Positions 36,896 to 46,543 of a DNA stretch of 64,000 nt are shown piece after piece. Location of the stretch: contig OZ252251.1 of the NCBI GenBank assembly GCA_965249725.1, forward strand, positions 256,001 to 320,000. The letters run 5' to 3'. The notes beneath the pieces were generated by a model that was not told where the DNA came from, searched no databases, and was given only the letters and a program-made list of their open reading frames with translations. The DNA is from Longimicrobiales bacterium. Lineage in GTDB: Bacteria; Gemmatimonadota; Gemmatimonadetes; Longimicrobiales; Gaopeijiaceae. How positions within the stretch are numbered: position 1 is the stretch's first letter; every line of letters starts with the position of its first letter. The translations under genes were made by a program, and so were the position numbers.

Positions 36896-38148
36896 GAGCG
36901 CTCATTGCCGTCGTGCGACGCGAGTACCTCCAGCGGGTCCGGAACAAGTGGTTCATCCTTGGCACCATAGGCCTTCCCGTCTTCATGATTGCCGTCATGG
37001 CTATTCCGATCGTCATGGAGGCCCGGAGCGAGGCCCAGGAACGAGTCATCGTCATCGTGGACCAGACGGACGTCCTGTACGACGACGTGGCAGCCGACCT
37101 CGGCAACTCCTTCGAGGTGGAGCGCGTTCCGTACACCAACGACGTCATCCAGTCCCTGGACCAGCGAATCGAAGCGGGAGAGATCGCCGGATTCCTGCTG
37201 TTGGGTGACGAGACTTTGTCCGCGGGTAGGGCCGTGTTTCGGGGAGCCGGCACTCCGGGTACGGTTCGCCGGATGAGGCTCCAGCGGGCGGTGACACAAT
37301 CCGTGCTCCGGGTCCGACTCGGAGGGGCCGTGGCCGAGGCCGAAGGACTCGACGAACTTCTGTCCGGAGGGTCGATCGACTACGTCTCCCTGCGGGAGAG
37401 CGACCTGGAGGACGGCGAGAGGGAGGCGGGCATGGTCGCGGGGTTCATGGGCGCCATGATGCTCTACATGGTGATCCTGCTCTATGGTGTACAGGTCATG
37501 AGGGCTGTCCTCGAGGAGAAGACGACCCGCATCGTCGAGATCATCATCTCGACCGTGAAGCCATGGCAACTCATGCTCGGGAAGATCTTGGGAGTCGGGG
37601 CGGTGGGGCTGACTCAGTTGGCCATATGGGCTCTGAGCATGGTGCTGCTCCTGACCTTCGGGCTCCCCTATGTGGTGGCGGCTCGCCCCGAACTCCTCGA
37701 GATCAAGACCTTGGTCGAGTTGCTCCCGGTGGGGGGAGGCATTGCGCTCTTCATCGCCTTCTTCGTCATGGGCTTCTTCCTCTACTCGAGCCTCTACGCC
37801 GCTGTGGCGGCCCTGTGCTCGAGCGATGAGGAGGCACAGCAATCACAGATACCGGTGATGATACTCCTGATCATCCCGATCATGTTCCTGGCACCCGTCA
37901 TGGAAGACCCCAACGGAGCCCTCGCCACCTGGCTGTCCTTGGTGCCGTTCTTTGCGCCGGTCCTCATGTTCCCCCGATTCATCGGGGGTGCGCCTCTGTG
38001 GCAGGTAGGACTATCCTTGGTGCTGGTGGCCGTGACCGTAGTGGCGGTCGCCTGGGTTGCCGGGCGGATCTACCGGGTGGGCATTCTGATGCAGGGGAAG
38101 CGGCCGACTCTGCCCGAACTCATGCGCTGGGTCCGTCAGTCGTCCTGA
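36892..38148 (+). CDS. ABC transporter permease (NatB/YhaP-like)
   Basis: REYLQRV, VLEEKTTRIVEII, GKILG, RIYRVGILM. Confidence 0.9.
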   Translation: MRALIAVVRREYLQRVRNKWFILGTIGLPVFMIAVMAIPIVMEARSEAQERVIVIVDQTDVLYDDVAADLGNSFEVERVPYTNDVIQSLDQRIEAGEIAGFLLLGDETLSAGRAVFRGAGTPGTVRRMRLQRAVTQSVLRVRLGGAVAEAEGLDELLSGGSIDYVSLRESDLEDGEREAGMVAGFMGAMMLYMVILLYGVQVMRAVLEEKTTRIVEIIISTVKPWQLMLGKILGVGAVGLTQLAIWALSMVLLLTFGLPYVVAARPELLEIKTLVELLPVGGGIALFIAFFVMGFFLYSSLYAAVAALCSSDEEAQQSQIPVMILLIIPIMFLAPVMEDPNGALATWLSLVPFFAPVLMFPRFIGGAPLWQVGLSLVLVAVTVVAVAWVAGRIYRVGILMQGKRPTLPELMRWVRQSS

Positions 38149-38181
38149 CAACAGTGGGTTTCCCGCTTGCACAACCGCGGG

Positions 38182-38487
38182 TCACTCCTCTTCGGGGAGC
38201 ACCGAACGCAAGAGACCTTGGAGCTGGTGCTCCTCGAACGCTCGGGCCTTCCGTACGGCTTCCTCGTACACGTCCTCGATGATGAGTGTCGTCGTACGTA
38301 GTGCCGCTTCTTCACCCTCGGTGTCGGCTGGCGAGAAGCAGAGAAGGCCTCGGTAGCTCGAGGGCCGCCGCGGGTCATCACTGAACTCCAGGTAGACCTC
38401 CCAAAACCGACCGTCATGGCTGATGGTAGCCAAGTGCTGTCCAGTGCTGGGGGGCGGCGGCCTTGGGGGGTCGGTCGGGGTCGTCAT
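38182..38487 (-). CDS. Hypothetical protein
   Basis: Compact 101-aa ORF filling the gap, co-oriented with the transglutaminase operon. Confidence 0.6.
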   Translation of the reverse strand: MTTPTDPPRPPPPSTGQHLATISHDGRFWEVYLEFSDDPRRPSSYRGLLCFSPADTEGEEAALRTTTLIIEDVYEEAVRKARAFEEHQLQGLLRSVLPEEE

Positions 38488-38520
38488 GACACGAAAATTA
38501 GCATCGCCTCAGGCGGACCG

Positions 38521-40566
38521 CTACGAGAGAGTGGCCGGGGGGCCCAGCGGCGACTCGCTCCGGAGTGCACGCCGCACCGCGGCCAAGGCGGCCTTCATCT
38601 CCTCCTGGTCGGACTCGTCGAGCGGCTGGCCACCGAATCGAGAACGGAGGTAGGTGGCGACGAGACTCTGGGCAGGCCGATGCGCGGGGTGCCCGAGGCG
38701 AGCGAGTTCGTCGACCAGGCCGAGAGGGGCGATCCCCTCGCTGAGAACCAATCCGGCTCGGCGGCAGCTCTCACGCAACCTCAGATAGAGTCTCGTCTCC
38801 GGCCCCCCAGAAGGACCGCGGGCGGCCCAGCGGAGGCTGAGGGCGAGCGCCAGGATCATAAGGGCACCCCAGAACATGGCCGCAGGGTCTCTCGAGGTGC
38901 TGGCGTCGGCGTTCTGGTTGGTCAGTTCGTCACGGCCGAACATCTCCGAGGCGCGTTGGATGAGGCTCGACTGGGAATCCTGGTCGTAGTCCAGGATCCA
39001 CTTGTTCCAGCGGTGTTGGAGTCCGTCGAGGAGGAACCGACCGGGCCAGAGCCAGGAGGTGAGAGCCTCCGACGTCCCGGCACCGGCGGGTGTCGGATCG
39101 AAAGGCACCCACCCGTAGCCGGGAAACCAGACCTCAACCCAGGAGTGCGCTTCGTTCTGGGTCACGGCCAGGTACTGCCCGAACTCGTTCCACTGGCCAC
39201 CGAGAAAGCCGTTTACCTCTCTGGCGTGGATTCCCATCGTGCGCAGTAGCACGACCATCGCCGTCGAAAAGTATTCGCAGTGACCGGCCATTCGATCGAA
39301 CAGGAAGTACTCGAGCGTGGCTTCCCTCGCCGAACGGGGCAGATCGAGTGTGTACTCGAATTCGTTGTGGAAGAACTCCTCGATGGCGACGGCGCGATCG
39401 TAGTTGTTGTCTAGGCCCTGAGTCAGCGAGCGAGCGAGGTCGCGGGTCCGCTGGGATAGACGAGGGAGTTGGGTGAAGTGGTTGCGGGCCGGGGCAAACC
39501 CCGATCGTGCGGCGCGAAGGGCCTCGGGCTGCGGTCGGCCGGCGACGGAAACGGCCTCGTACGAGGGATTCCCGGATCCCCAGTACACATGATCCCCCGC
39601 GTTGTCGAAGAGCGGCTGAATGCGAGGGTTGTCGGAGCGCACGCCCAGCATGGGATGGAGCGCGAACAAGACGCGCACATCGAGTGCCGCGGAGTAGATC
39701 TTCTGGCGAACCCTGTCGGGATTCCAGGCCTCGTACCAACGCTCCATGCCCAAGGACGGCGGCAGGGACGGAGATCGGCTCCAGCGGACTCCGTCGAAGC
39801 GATCATAGGAGCGACCCCTCCAGTGGAGGCCTCCCATGTTGGCTGGTCGCCCGTCGGGGAACTCCACCCGCAAGACGATCTCGGGATTCGGGAAGATCCT
39901 CGAGCCGTGGTTTCCGATGGAGACCTGGTCGGCGAACCCCGCGATCGACGTGGCCAGGACCTCGCCACGAGACGCCCATCCCCGTGAGAACCGGGGGAAG
40001 GCGACGAAGACGATCCCGCTCATCATGAGCGTGACACCCGACAGGCCCGCCATCCCCATCAGGAACTTCCGCTCCAGCACGATCTCACGGCCGCCTCGCG
40101 CCGGGACTCGCCGGTGCAGGTGTCCTACCATCAACGCGACGGTGGCGAGAGCGACGTACGCGACGAAGGCCACGGCGAAGAGGACGCCGGGGCGGTACGC
40201 GGTCGACGCCAGGAGCAGTGCGAAGGTCAGCGCATAGAGCCGCGCGTCGTTCGGGGCGTCGAGAGACCTCAAGGCTTCGGCACTGAGAAGAAGCAGGAGA
40301 AGGTCCACGACGGGAATCACGACATCGTCGCCCACTAGGAAGACGTGATAGAGAGATCGAATCACGAGAATCGCCGCTAGAGGCAGCCAGAACTGCTCGA
40401 GGCGAAGAGAGAGGTCGTGGTCGGGCTGCCAGACGAACGCGAGCACGAGGGCGATGGCGGCGAGGATCGCGCTGATGGGTTCGAAGCCTGCACCCCCTGC
40501 GAAGGCCACGAGGGCCACGAGTCCCATTCCGACCACTAGTCGGCGATGAAGCAGCTCGAGCCTCAT
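38521..40566 (-). CDS. TgpA-like transglutaminase (DUF3488 + transglutaminase core)
   Basis: N-terminal TM region, FPR, HWRG, GHCEYFS, HSWVEV, FDPTP. Confidence 0.9.
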   Translation of the reverse strand: MRLELLHRRLVVGMGLVALVAFAGGAGFEPISAILAAIALVLAFVWQPDHDLSLRLEQFWLPLAAILVIRSLYHVFLVGDDVVIPVVDLLLLLLSAEALRSLDAPNDARLYALTFALLLASTAYRPGVLFAVAFVAYVALATVALMVGHLHRRVPARGGREIVLERKFLMGMAGLSGVTLMMSGIVFVAFPRFSRGWASRGEVLATSIAGFADQVSIGNHGSRIFPNPEIVLRVEFPDGRPANMGGLHWRGRSYDRFDGVRWSRSPSLPPSLGMERWYEAWNPDRVRQKIYSAALDVRVLFALHPMLGVRSDNPRIQPLFDNAGDHVYWGSGNPSYEAVSVAGRPQPEALRAARSGFAPARNHFTQLPRLSQRTRDLARSLTQGLDNNYDRAVAIEEFFHNEFEYTLDLPRSAREATLEYFLFDRMAGHCEYFSTAMVVLLRTMGIHAREVNGFLGGQWNEFGQYLAVTQNEAHSWVEVWFPGYGWVPFDPTPAGAGTSEALTSWLWPGRFLLDGLQHRWNKWILDYDQDSQSSLIQRASEMFGRDELTNQNADASTSRDPAAMFWGALMILALALSLRWAARGPSGGPETRLYLRLRESCRRAGLVLSEGIAPLGLVDELARLGHPAHRPAQSLVATYLRSRFGGQPLDESDQEEMKAALAAVRRALRSESPLGPPATLS

Positions 40567-41696
40567 CCGGCGTGCCTTTCGCTGGCCGCCGAGTCGGCCT
40601 CGTGTTCCGAGGGGTCGTCCGACCAGTGCCCGGGAGGTACGTAGGCCCCGTACGAAGACCGCCCCGCTCCGGAGATGGATACGAGCACGCAGGTGGATGG
40701 ATCGGAGGGCGGCGAGAGTCGGGGGCCCGAACGTTCGAAATCCACTCTCGCGAGCACGTCCAGTACCCGTTCGAGTTGCCCTGATCCGGTGCCGGCACCC
40801 ACATGACCCGTCGGGGTGGCCAGGGCGAATCGCCTCCCCTCCTGGAAAGCGCGGGCCGCCAACGATGCGGCGGTCTCGACCGCGTTCTCCGCACGGTCTC
40901 CGGGCTCATCACGCGTGTCGAGGCAGATCCAGATCGTCTCGGCCGAATCCTGGTCGTACTCGCGCACGACCGGCTCGCCGGTCCGGGCCGTGGATCGCCA
41001 GTGGATGTCACGCGGATCATCTCCCACTCGGTACTCGCGGAGGCCGCGGAACTCACCTCGCGCTCCGACCGTCACGCCTGATACGTCCGAGTAGCGAGGG
41101 CGGCTCGTCCCCCCGGGAGGGGCGGGCATCGAGACCGGACGGTCGGCCCTCGGCCAGATCACGAGCTCGCCGGGAAGCGTCAGATCACGCTCTTTGGTAA
41201 AGAGGCCGAACGGAAACGCGGTCGAGAGTGTGAGCGCCTCCAGCCGGTAGACCCCCCTCTTGATGAAGTGGTTCTCCGACCGCACGGTCACCGATTCGCG
41301 CGGGTCGAGCCGACCGATGCAGGCGATCCCGGGCAGACCTTCTTCGATGAGGTGTACGGCGAGCGTTGGGAATCGAGGCTTCCGATTCGTTACGTGGTAG
41401 GTGATACGGAACGTCCTCCCGACCGTGACGCCCTGTGGCGTCCGCCGAGTCACCGTGAGACCGCGGAGGACCTGTTCCGAGAGCCAGCCCGACAGCGCGA
41501 TGAACCCGAGCATCGCGCCGAGCAAGAGGTAGAGCAGGTTGTTGCCGGTGTTGACCGCAGCGAAACCGATCGCGAAGGCCCCGGCTGTGAAAACGGCTCC
41601 ACCGGTGGTGAAGCGGATGCGGCGCCACGCGCGCAGGCGTCGCCAGGTGTCGCGTAAGAACGTGGGAACGGAGGCCACAGATTCGAGGAAGTTCAT
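40563..41696 (-). CDS. DUF58 domain protein
   Basis: [40 protein letters not shown]. Confidence 0.9.
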   Translation of the reverse strand: MNFLESVASVPTFLRDTWRRLRAWRRIRFTTGGAVFTAGAFAIGFAAVNTGNNLLYLLLGAMLGFIALSGWLSEQVLRGLTVTRRTPQGVTVGRTFRITYHVTNRKPRFPTLAVHLIEEGLPGIACIGRLDPRESVTVRSENHFIKRGVYRLEALTLSTAFPFGLFTKERDLTLPGELVIWPRADRPVSMPAPPGGTSRPRYSDVSGVTVGARGEFRGLREYRVGDDPRDIHWRSTARTGEPVVREYDQDSAETIWICLDTRDEPGDRAENAVETAASLAARAFQEGRRFALATPTGHVGAGTGSGQLERVLDVLARVDFERSGPRLSPPSDPSTCVLVSISGAGRSSYGAYVPPGHWSDDPSEHEADSAASERHAG

Positions 41697-41727
41697 CCAT
41701 CGGTCTCCACGTCGGCGCTCGGCCAGG

Positions 41728-42701
41728 CTACACCGGGACCGCGACGTCCTCGAGGATCTCTTCTACGATTGCGCCGGCCTCTTCGTGAGCTTCGTGGGTG
41801 GCGGCCGTTGCCCCGATCGGGAGAATCCGATGGGCCATGCAAGGGCCCGCGACGTGCTGGATGTCGCTTGGTACCAAGAAGTCCCGTCCGCTGAGCAACG
41901 CAAAGGCCCTCGATGCCCGATAGAGGCCGATGGCTCCACGAGGGCTGACGCCCATACGAAGGCGCGGTTCGACTCGGGTGCGTCGCACGATCTCCATGAG
42001 GTAGGTCATGAGGGATTCTTCCGCCCGCACCTCCGAGACCTGGTTCTGAAGACGGAGCACGTCGGTCGGTGTGAGCACCGACTTGATACGGAGCTCCCAG
42101 TCACCCTCTTCGGTAGAGTCCTCGAGAATCTGACGCTCCGCAGCCGCTCCGGGATAACCGATGGTGATACGCATGAGGAAGCGATCGACCTGGCTCTCGG
42201 GCAACGGGTAGGTACCGTGATGCTCGAGGGGGTTCTGCGTGGCCATCACCATGAAGGGTTGCGGAAGCTCGAACGTCTTGTCGTCCAAGCTCACTTTGCC
42301 CTCTGCCATCGCCTGGGGAGCCCACTCTGAGTGCGAGGCGGAGCCCGGTTGATCTCGTCCGCCAGGACCAGATTCGTGAAGATGGGTCCGGGCCGGGTTT
42401 CGAACTCCGAGGTGCGGGGGTTGTAGATCGAGACCCCTAGAACGTCGGAGGGCAGCAGGTCGCTCGTGAACTGTATTCGACGGAACGAGAGACCGAGCGC
42501 CGTCGCGAGAGCATGGGCGAGAGTGGTTTTGCCCACCCCCGGGACGTTTTCGAAGAGGATATGCCCGCGGGCAAGTAGAGCTGACACGGCGAGCCGGACG
42601 ACCTCTTCCTTGCCGTGGAAGACATGCTCGACCTCAGCGATCAGTCGCTCGAGAAGGTCGACGGTCGGCGGGGCGTCGGTGATGGTTGTCGTATCGGCCA
42701 A
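41728..42701 (-). CDS. MoxR family AAA ATPase, -1 frameshift near 42315 (likely artefact)
   Basis: [18 protein letters not shown] and [12 protein letters not shown] in one frame; [22 protein letters not shown] and SPRG in the next. The span of 974 nt is 975-1. Confidence 0.88.
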
Positions 42702-42799
42702 GTCCTACTCCGGTCCGGGGTTCTCCGAGGCCTTTTCCAGAAGGAAAAAGTATAACACTCACGCGGAGAAAAAGGTTCTTTTTGGCCGCTCCTACGACG

Positions 42800-42828
42800 T
42801 TGACACGACCCTGGGGCTCAGGTAGGTT
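42800..42828 (+). promoter_or_regulatory. Putative sigma70 promoter for the act operon, TTGACA-N17-TAGGTT
   Basis: Perfect -35 and 17-nt spacer. A divergent extended -10 (TGTTATACT, minus strand, 42749-42757) faces moxR. Confidence 0.55.
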
Positions 42829-42891
42829 CCTGCCGTTTCAAACAGACAACTCTTGCTCCCACCCAACCCTTTTTCGGGGCGGCAGGGCTTT

Positions 42892-43443
42892 ATGACGAAG
42901 CGATGGATAGGTGCATCGGTCGTCGCGCTCGCAAGCCTGGGTTCGTTGGCCTTCGTTCAGACCCAGGACAGCAGTGCGGCGCAGGAGTCGGAAGCGACGA
43001 GCGAGGCGACCGCGGACATGGTCCAGCCGATCGCTTTTCCGCATGATATTCATGCCGGCGTGGACCAGATCGACTGCCAGTACTGTCATTTCTCGGCAGA
43101 GCGATCGGTGGACGCCGGAATCCCGCCCGTCAGAACCTGCATAGGGTGCCATCAGATCATCGGTGGAACCGACGAGAGGCAGCAGGCCGAGATCGCCAAG
43201 GTCCGGGAGTACTGGACCAACCAGGAGCCCATTCCCTGGGTTCGCATATATAAGGTCGCCGATCACGTCCACTTCCCCCACATGAGGCATGTCGCCGCCG
43301 AAGTCGATTGCGCCGAATGTCACGGACCGGTAGAGGAGATGGGCGTGCTCGAGGAGGTCAACCAACCTCTGGCCATGGGTTGGTGCGTGACCTGTCACGT
43401 CGAACGCGAGGTCTCGCGGGACTGCGCAGTATGCCACTACTGA
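42892..43443 (+). CDS. actA: Alternative complex III pentaheme cytochrome c
   Basis: QPIAFPHDIH and five CxxCH motifs (CQYCH, CIGCH, CAECH, CVTCH, CAVCH), PIPWVRI, MGWC. Confidence 0.92.
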   Translation: MTKRWIGASVVALASLGSLAFVQTQDSSAAQESEATSEATADMVQPIAFPHDIHAGVDQIDCQYCHFSAERSVDAGIPPVRTCIGCHQIIGGTDERQQAEIAKVREYWTNQEPIPWVRIYKVADHVHFPHMRHVAAEVDCAECHGPVEEMGVLEEVNQPLAMGWCVTCHVEREVSRDCAVCHY

Positions 43444-43459
43444 TTCCGGGACCAAATCG

Positions 43460-46400
43460 ATGAGCGACGGACTGAAGAGACGCGAGTTCCTGAAGGTACT
43501 CGGCGTCAGCGGGGCAGGGGCCGGCATGGTGGGCTGCTCGACCGAGAGTGTCGAGAAGCTGATGCCCTATGTGGTTCCCCCGGAAGAGATCACTCCCGGC
43601 GTAGCCACGTGGTACACCTCGGTGTGCGGCGAGTGTGAGGCCGGATGCGGCATCTGGGTGCGTACGCGTGAGGGCCGGGTCATAAAGGTCGAGGGGAACC
43701 CCGACCATCCTGTCTCGGGCGGAGCCCTTTGTTCGAGAGGGCACTCGAGCATCCAGGGGCTCTACAACCCCGACCGCTTTACGGGGCCCATGGCTCGACG
43801 GAACGGCCAGCTAGAGGCAATCTCGTGGGACGAGGCCGAGCAGATGCTGGCCGATGGACTAGGGTCGGCAGGCGGGCACCTCACGTTGTCCGGAGGTCTC
43901 GCTGGGCCGTCCCTGATGATGCTCATGGAGGAGTTTGCCGGAAGGACGGGCGGAGGTGTGGTGCGCTTCGACCCGCTGGCCGACGCTCCGCTACGCGAGG
44001 CGAGCCGGATCGCCTTCGGGAAGAACGTGATCCCCTGGTACGACATCGAGGAGGCACGCCTTCTCGTCTCGTTCGGGGCCGACTTCCTCGAGAGCTGGCT
44101 TTCGCCGGTAAGGGATGGGCGTGCGTTCGCCCGAATGAGCGGCGTCGACGAGCAGGGTGGCAAAGGGCGCTTCGTATTCGTCGGATCCCGCTTGTCCCTG
44201 ACGGGCCAGAACGCGGACGAATGGCTTCCGATCCAGCCGGGCAGCGAGGCGCTGGTCGCGCTCGCCATGGCCAACGTGATCTCCGGTGCCGGAGCTGGAG
44301 CCGGCCCTTACCGGGACATCGTCAACGCCTACACGCCGGAGAACGTAGCGGACGCCACAGGCATTTCGGCAGACAGTATTCGCGAGCTGGCGATTCGGTT
44401 TGCAGAGGAAGGGCCCAGCTTGGCCGTCGGCCCGGGCGTCGCTGGACAGCATCGCAATGCCACGGCTGCGAACCTTGCCGTTACGATCCTCAACTCCGTG
44501 GCGGGGAATGTGGGTCGGACTGTGCACTACAACACGCCTCAACTCAACGCTCCCCAGTTCGGGTACAACGGCGTGCAGCGGGCGATCCAGGCGATCGGCC
44601 AGGGCTCGATAGGCGCGGTGATGGTCCACGGCAGCAATCCGGTCTACTCGGTGCCGGCGTCTTCGGGTCTCCGAGAGGCTCTCCAGAGCGTTCCGTTCAA
44701 GGTGTCGTTCGCGTCGGCTCCCGACGAAACCTCGGCTCTGGCAGACCTTATTCTCCCAGACCGGCATTTCCTCGAAGCGTGGGGCGACTCCGCCGTACGA
44801 CCGGGCATGTGGGCGCTGCGGCAGCCGGCCATGCAGCCGGTGCCCCATTTCGATAGTAGACCGACCGGTGACGTTCTACTCTCGGTCGCAACGCGCATGG
44901 GCCAGGACCTCGGGTCCGCGACCTTCTACGACCGACTTCGTGCGCACTGGCAGACGGTGGCGCGATCGACCGGCTCCACCGACTTCGAGGGCTTCTGGCA
45001 GGAGGCGCTCAAAACCGGTGTGGTGGAACTCGCCTCCGGTGTGCCCGGCATCTCGGAACAGCTCCGCCAGCCCGATCGGGCGCTCGTTTTCGATCCGCCC
45101 GACTTCGACGGCCGAGGCGACCTGCACCTCATGGTGTATCCGTCCTCACGTTTCGGTGACGGTGCCCTGAATTCCAACCGCCCGTGGCTCCACGAGTTGC
45201 CGGACCCCGTAAGCAAGATCACCTGGCACTCCTGGGTGGAGATGCATCCGAACCGTGCGGAGGCCATGGGGCTCCGAAAGGGAGACCTGGTCGTACTCTC
45301 TACCGACCACGGCTCCGTGGAGGTGCCGGTTTGGACCTATCCCGGTATTCGCGAGAACGTCGTTGCCCTGGCGATGGGTGGTGGGCACGAAGGCGCTGGC
45401 CGATTCACCGATGGGAATGGCGTGAATCCGCTCGACCTGCTGCCGGCCGAAGCCGAAGCGCTGTCCGGTGGCCTGGTCCATTTCGCCACCAAGGTCACCG
45501 TCACCCCCACGGGAGAGCGCCGACCCTTGGCCACGATCGCGGGCTCGGACGTCCAGAGCAATCGTCCGATCACCCCTGCGGTGGCGCTGGCTGCGTTGAC
45601 CGCCGAGTCGACTGCCGAGTCGACCGCCGAGTCGACTGCCGAGGATGAGCACGAGGAGGAGGGCGGTCACGGGCCACTGAAGGAGCTTCAGGGAGTTGGT
45701 GGCTTCGTCCCGGTCGAGACCGAGGGCCGTCCCGAGGACTTCCCCCTCGAGGGTGCCCAGCACGGTGAGTACGGAGATCCGGAGACGCCGCGATGGGCCA
45801 TGACCATCGATCTCGACAAGTGTACCGGCTGCAGCGCGTGCGTCACGGCCTGTCAGTCCGAGAACAACGTGGCCTGGGTCGGAGAGAGCCAGGTGACGAT
45901 GGGGCGCGACATGGGGTGGATTCGCCTGGAGCGGTACTACGAGGCGGTCGACGCGAGCCACGCAGGCCCGCTCGACGTTCGGTTCATGCCCATGATCTGC
46001 CAGCACTGCGGCAACGCGCCGTGCGAGCCGGTCTGTCCGGTCTACGCCACCTACCACACACCGGATGGGATCAACACACAGGTCTACAACCGGTGCGTAG
46101 GAACGCGGTACTGCCTGAACAACTGCCCGTACAAGGTCCGTGTGTTCAACTGGTACACGTTCACGGACGAAGAGCCGGTTCGTGAGGGCCTGGGACATGC
46201 GCCCGAGCCCATGAACTGGGCGTTCAATCCCGACGTGACCGTGCGCGAGAACGGGATCATGGAGAAGTGTTCGTTCTGTATCCATCGCATCCGCGGCGCT
46301 CAAGACCGCGCCGCTGTCGAGGGGAGCACGATACAGGACGGCGAAATCATACCGGCCTGTCAGCAGAGCTGTCCGGCGGAGGCCATCGTCTTCGGCAACA

Positions 46401-46543
46401 TCCGGGATACCCGCTCCCGGGTGGCACAGTCGGTTCGGGGCGAGAGGGTCTACCGAGTACTGGACGAGCTCGTCAACACGCAACCGGCGGTGAGTTACTT
46501 GAAGAAGGTGACGTTCCACGACGTGGACTCGGGAGCACATTGA
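43460..46543 (+). CDS. actB: ACIII molybdopterin-oxidoreductase-like / Fe-S fusion subunit
   Basis: Tat motif RREFLK followed by Cys (MVGC), KVEGNPDHP, ELPDPVSKITW, CTGCSACVTAC, CQHC..PCEPVCP, CVGTRYC, EKCSFC. Confidence 0.92.
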   Translation: MSDGLKRREFLKVLGVSGAGAGMVGCSTESVEKLMPYVVPPEEITPGVATWYTSVCGECEAGCGIWVRTREGRVIKVEGNPDHPVSGGALCSRGHSSIQGLYNPDRFTGPMARRNGQLEAISWDEAEQMLADGLGSAGGHLTLSGGLAGPSLMMLMEEFAGRTGGGVVRFDPLADAPLREASRIAFGKNVIPWYDIEEARLLVSFGADFLESWLSPVRDGRAFARMSGVDEQGGKGRFVFVGSRLSLTGQNADEWLPIQPGSEALVALAMANVISGAGAGAGPYRDIVNAYTPENVADATGISADSIRELAIRFAEEGPSLAVGPGVAGQHRNATAANLAVTILNSVAGNVGRTVHYNTPQLNAPQFGYNGVQRAIQAIGQGSIGAVMVHGSNPVYSVPASSGLREALQSVPFKVSFASAPDETSALADLILPDRHFLEAWGDSAVRPGMWALRQPAMQPVPHFDSRPTGDVLLSVATRMGQDLGSATFYDRLRAHWQTVARSTGSTDFEGFWQEALKTGVVELASGVPGISEQLRQPDRALVFDPPDFDGRGDLHLMVYPSSRFGDGALNSNRPWLHELPDPVSKITWHSWVEMHPNRAEAMGLRKGDLVVLSTDHGSVEVPVWTYPGIRENVVALAMGGGHEGAGRFTDGNGVNPLDLLPAEAEALSGGLVHFATKVTVTPTGERRPLATIAGSDVQSNRPITPAVALAALTAESTAESTAESTAEDEHEEEGGHGPLKELQGVGGFVPVETEGRPEDFPLEGAQHGEYGDPETPRWAMTIDLDKCTGCSACVTACQSENNVAWVGESQVTMGRDMGWIRLERYYEAVDASHAGPLDVRFMPMICQHCGNAPCEPVCPVYATYHTPDGINTQVYNRCVGTRYCLNNCPYKVRVFNWYTFTDEEPVREGLGHAPEPMNWAFNPDVTVRENGIMEKCSFCIHRIRGAQDRAAVEGSTIQDGEIIPACQQSCPAEAIVFGNIRDTRSRVAQSVRGERVYRVLDELVNTQPAVSYLKKVTFHDVDSGAH
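45599..45643 (+). repeat. In-frame 12-bp tandem repeat (TAES x3.75) in the actB linker
   Basis: AC[C/T]GCCGAGTCG repeated. Confidence 0.85.

Noticed and set aside
41728..42701. Programmed ribosomal frameshift in moxR
   Set aside because: No slippery heptamer, and the same one-base loss pattern occurs in three unrelated genes.
43460..46543. Catalytic molybdoenzyme (nitrate, polysulfide or formate reductase)
   Set aside because: Fusion to the four-cluster domain and the actA/C/D/E/F context identify it as ActB. Mo binding cannot be supported from sequence.
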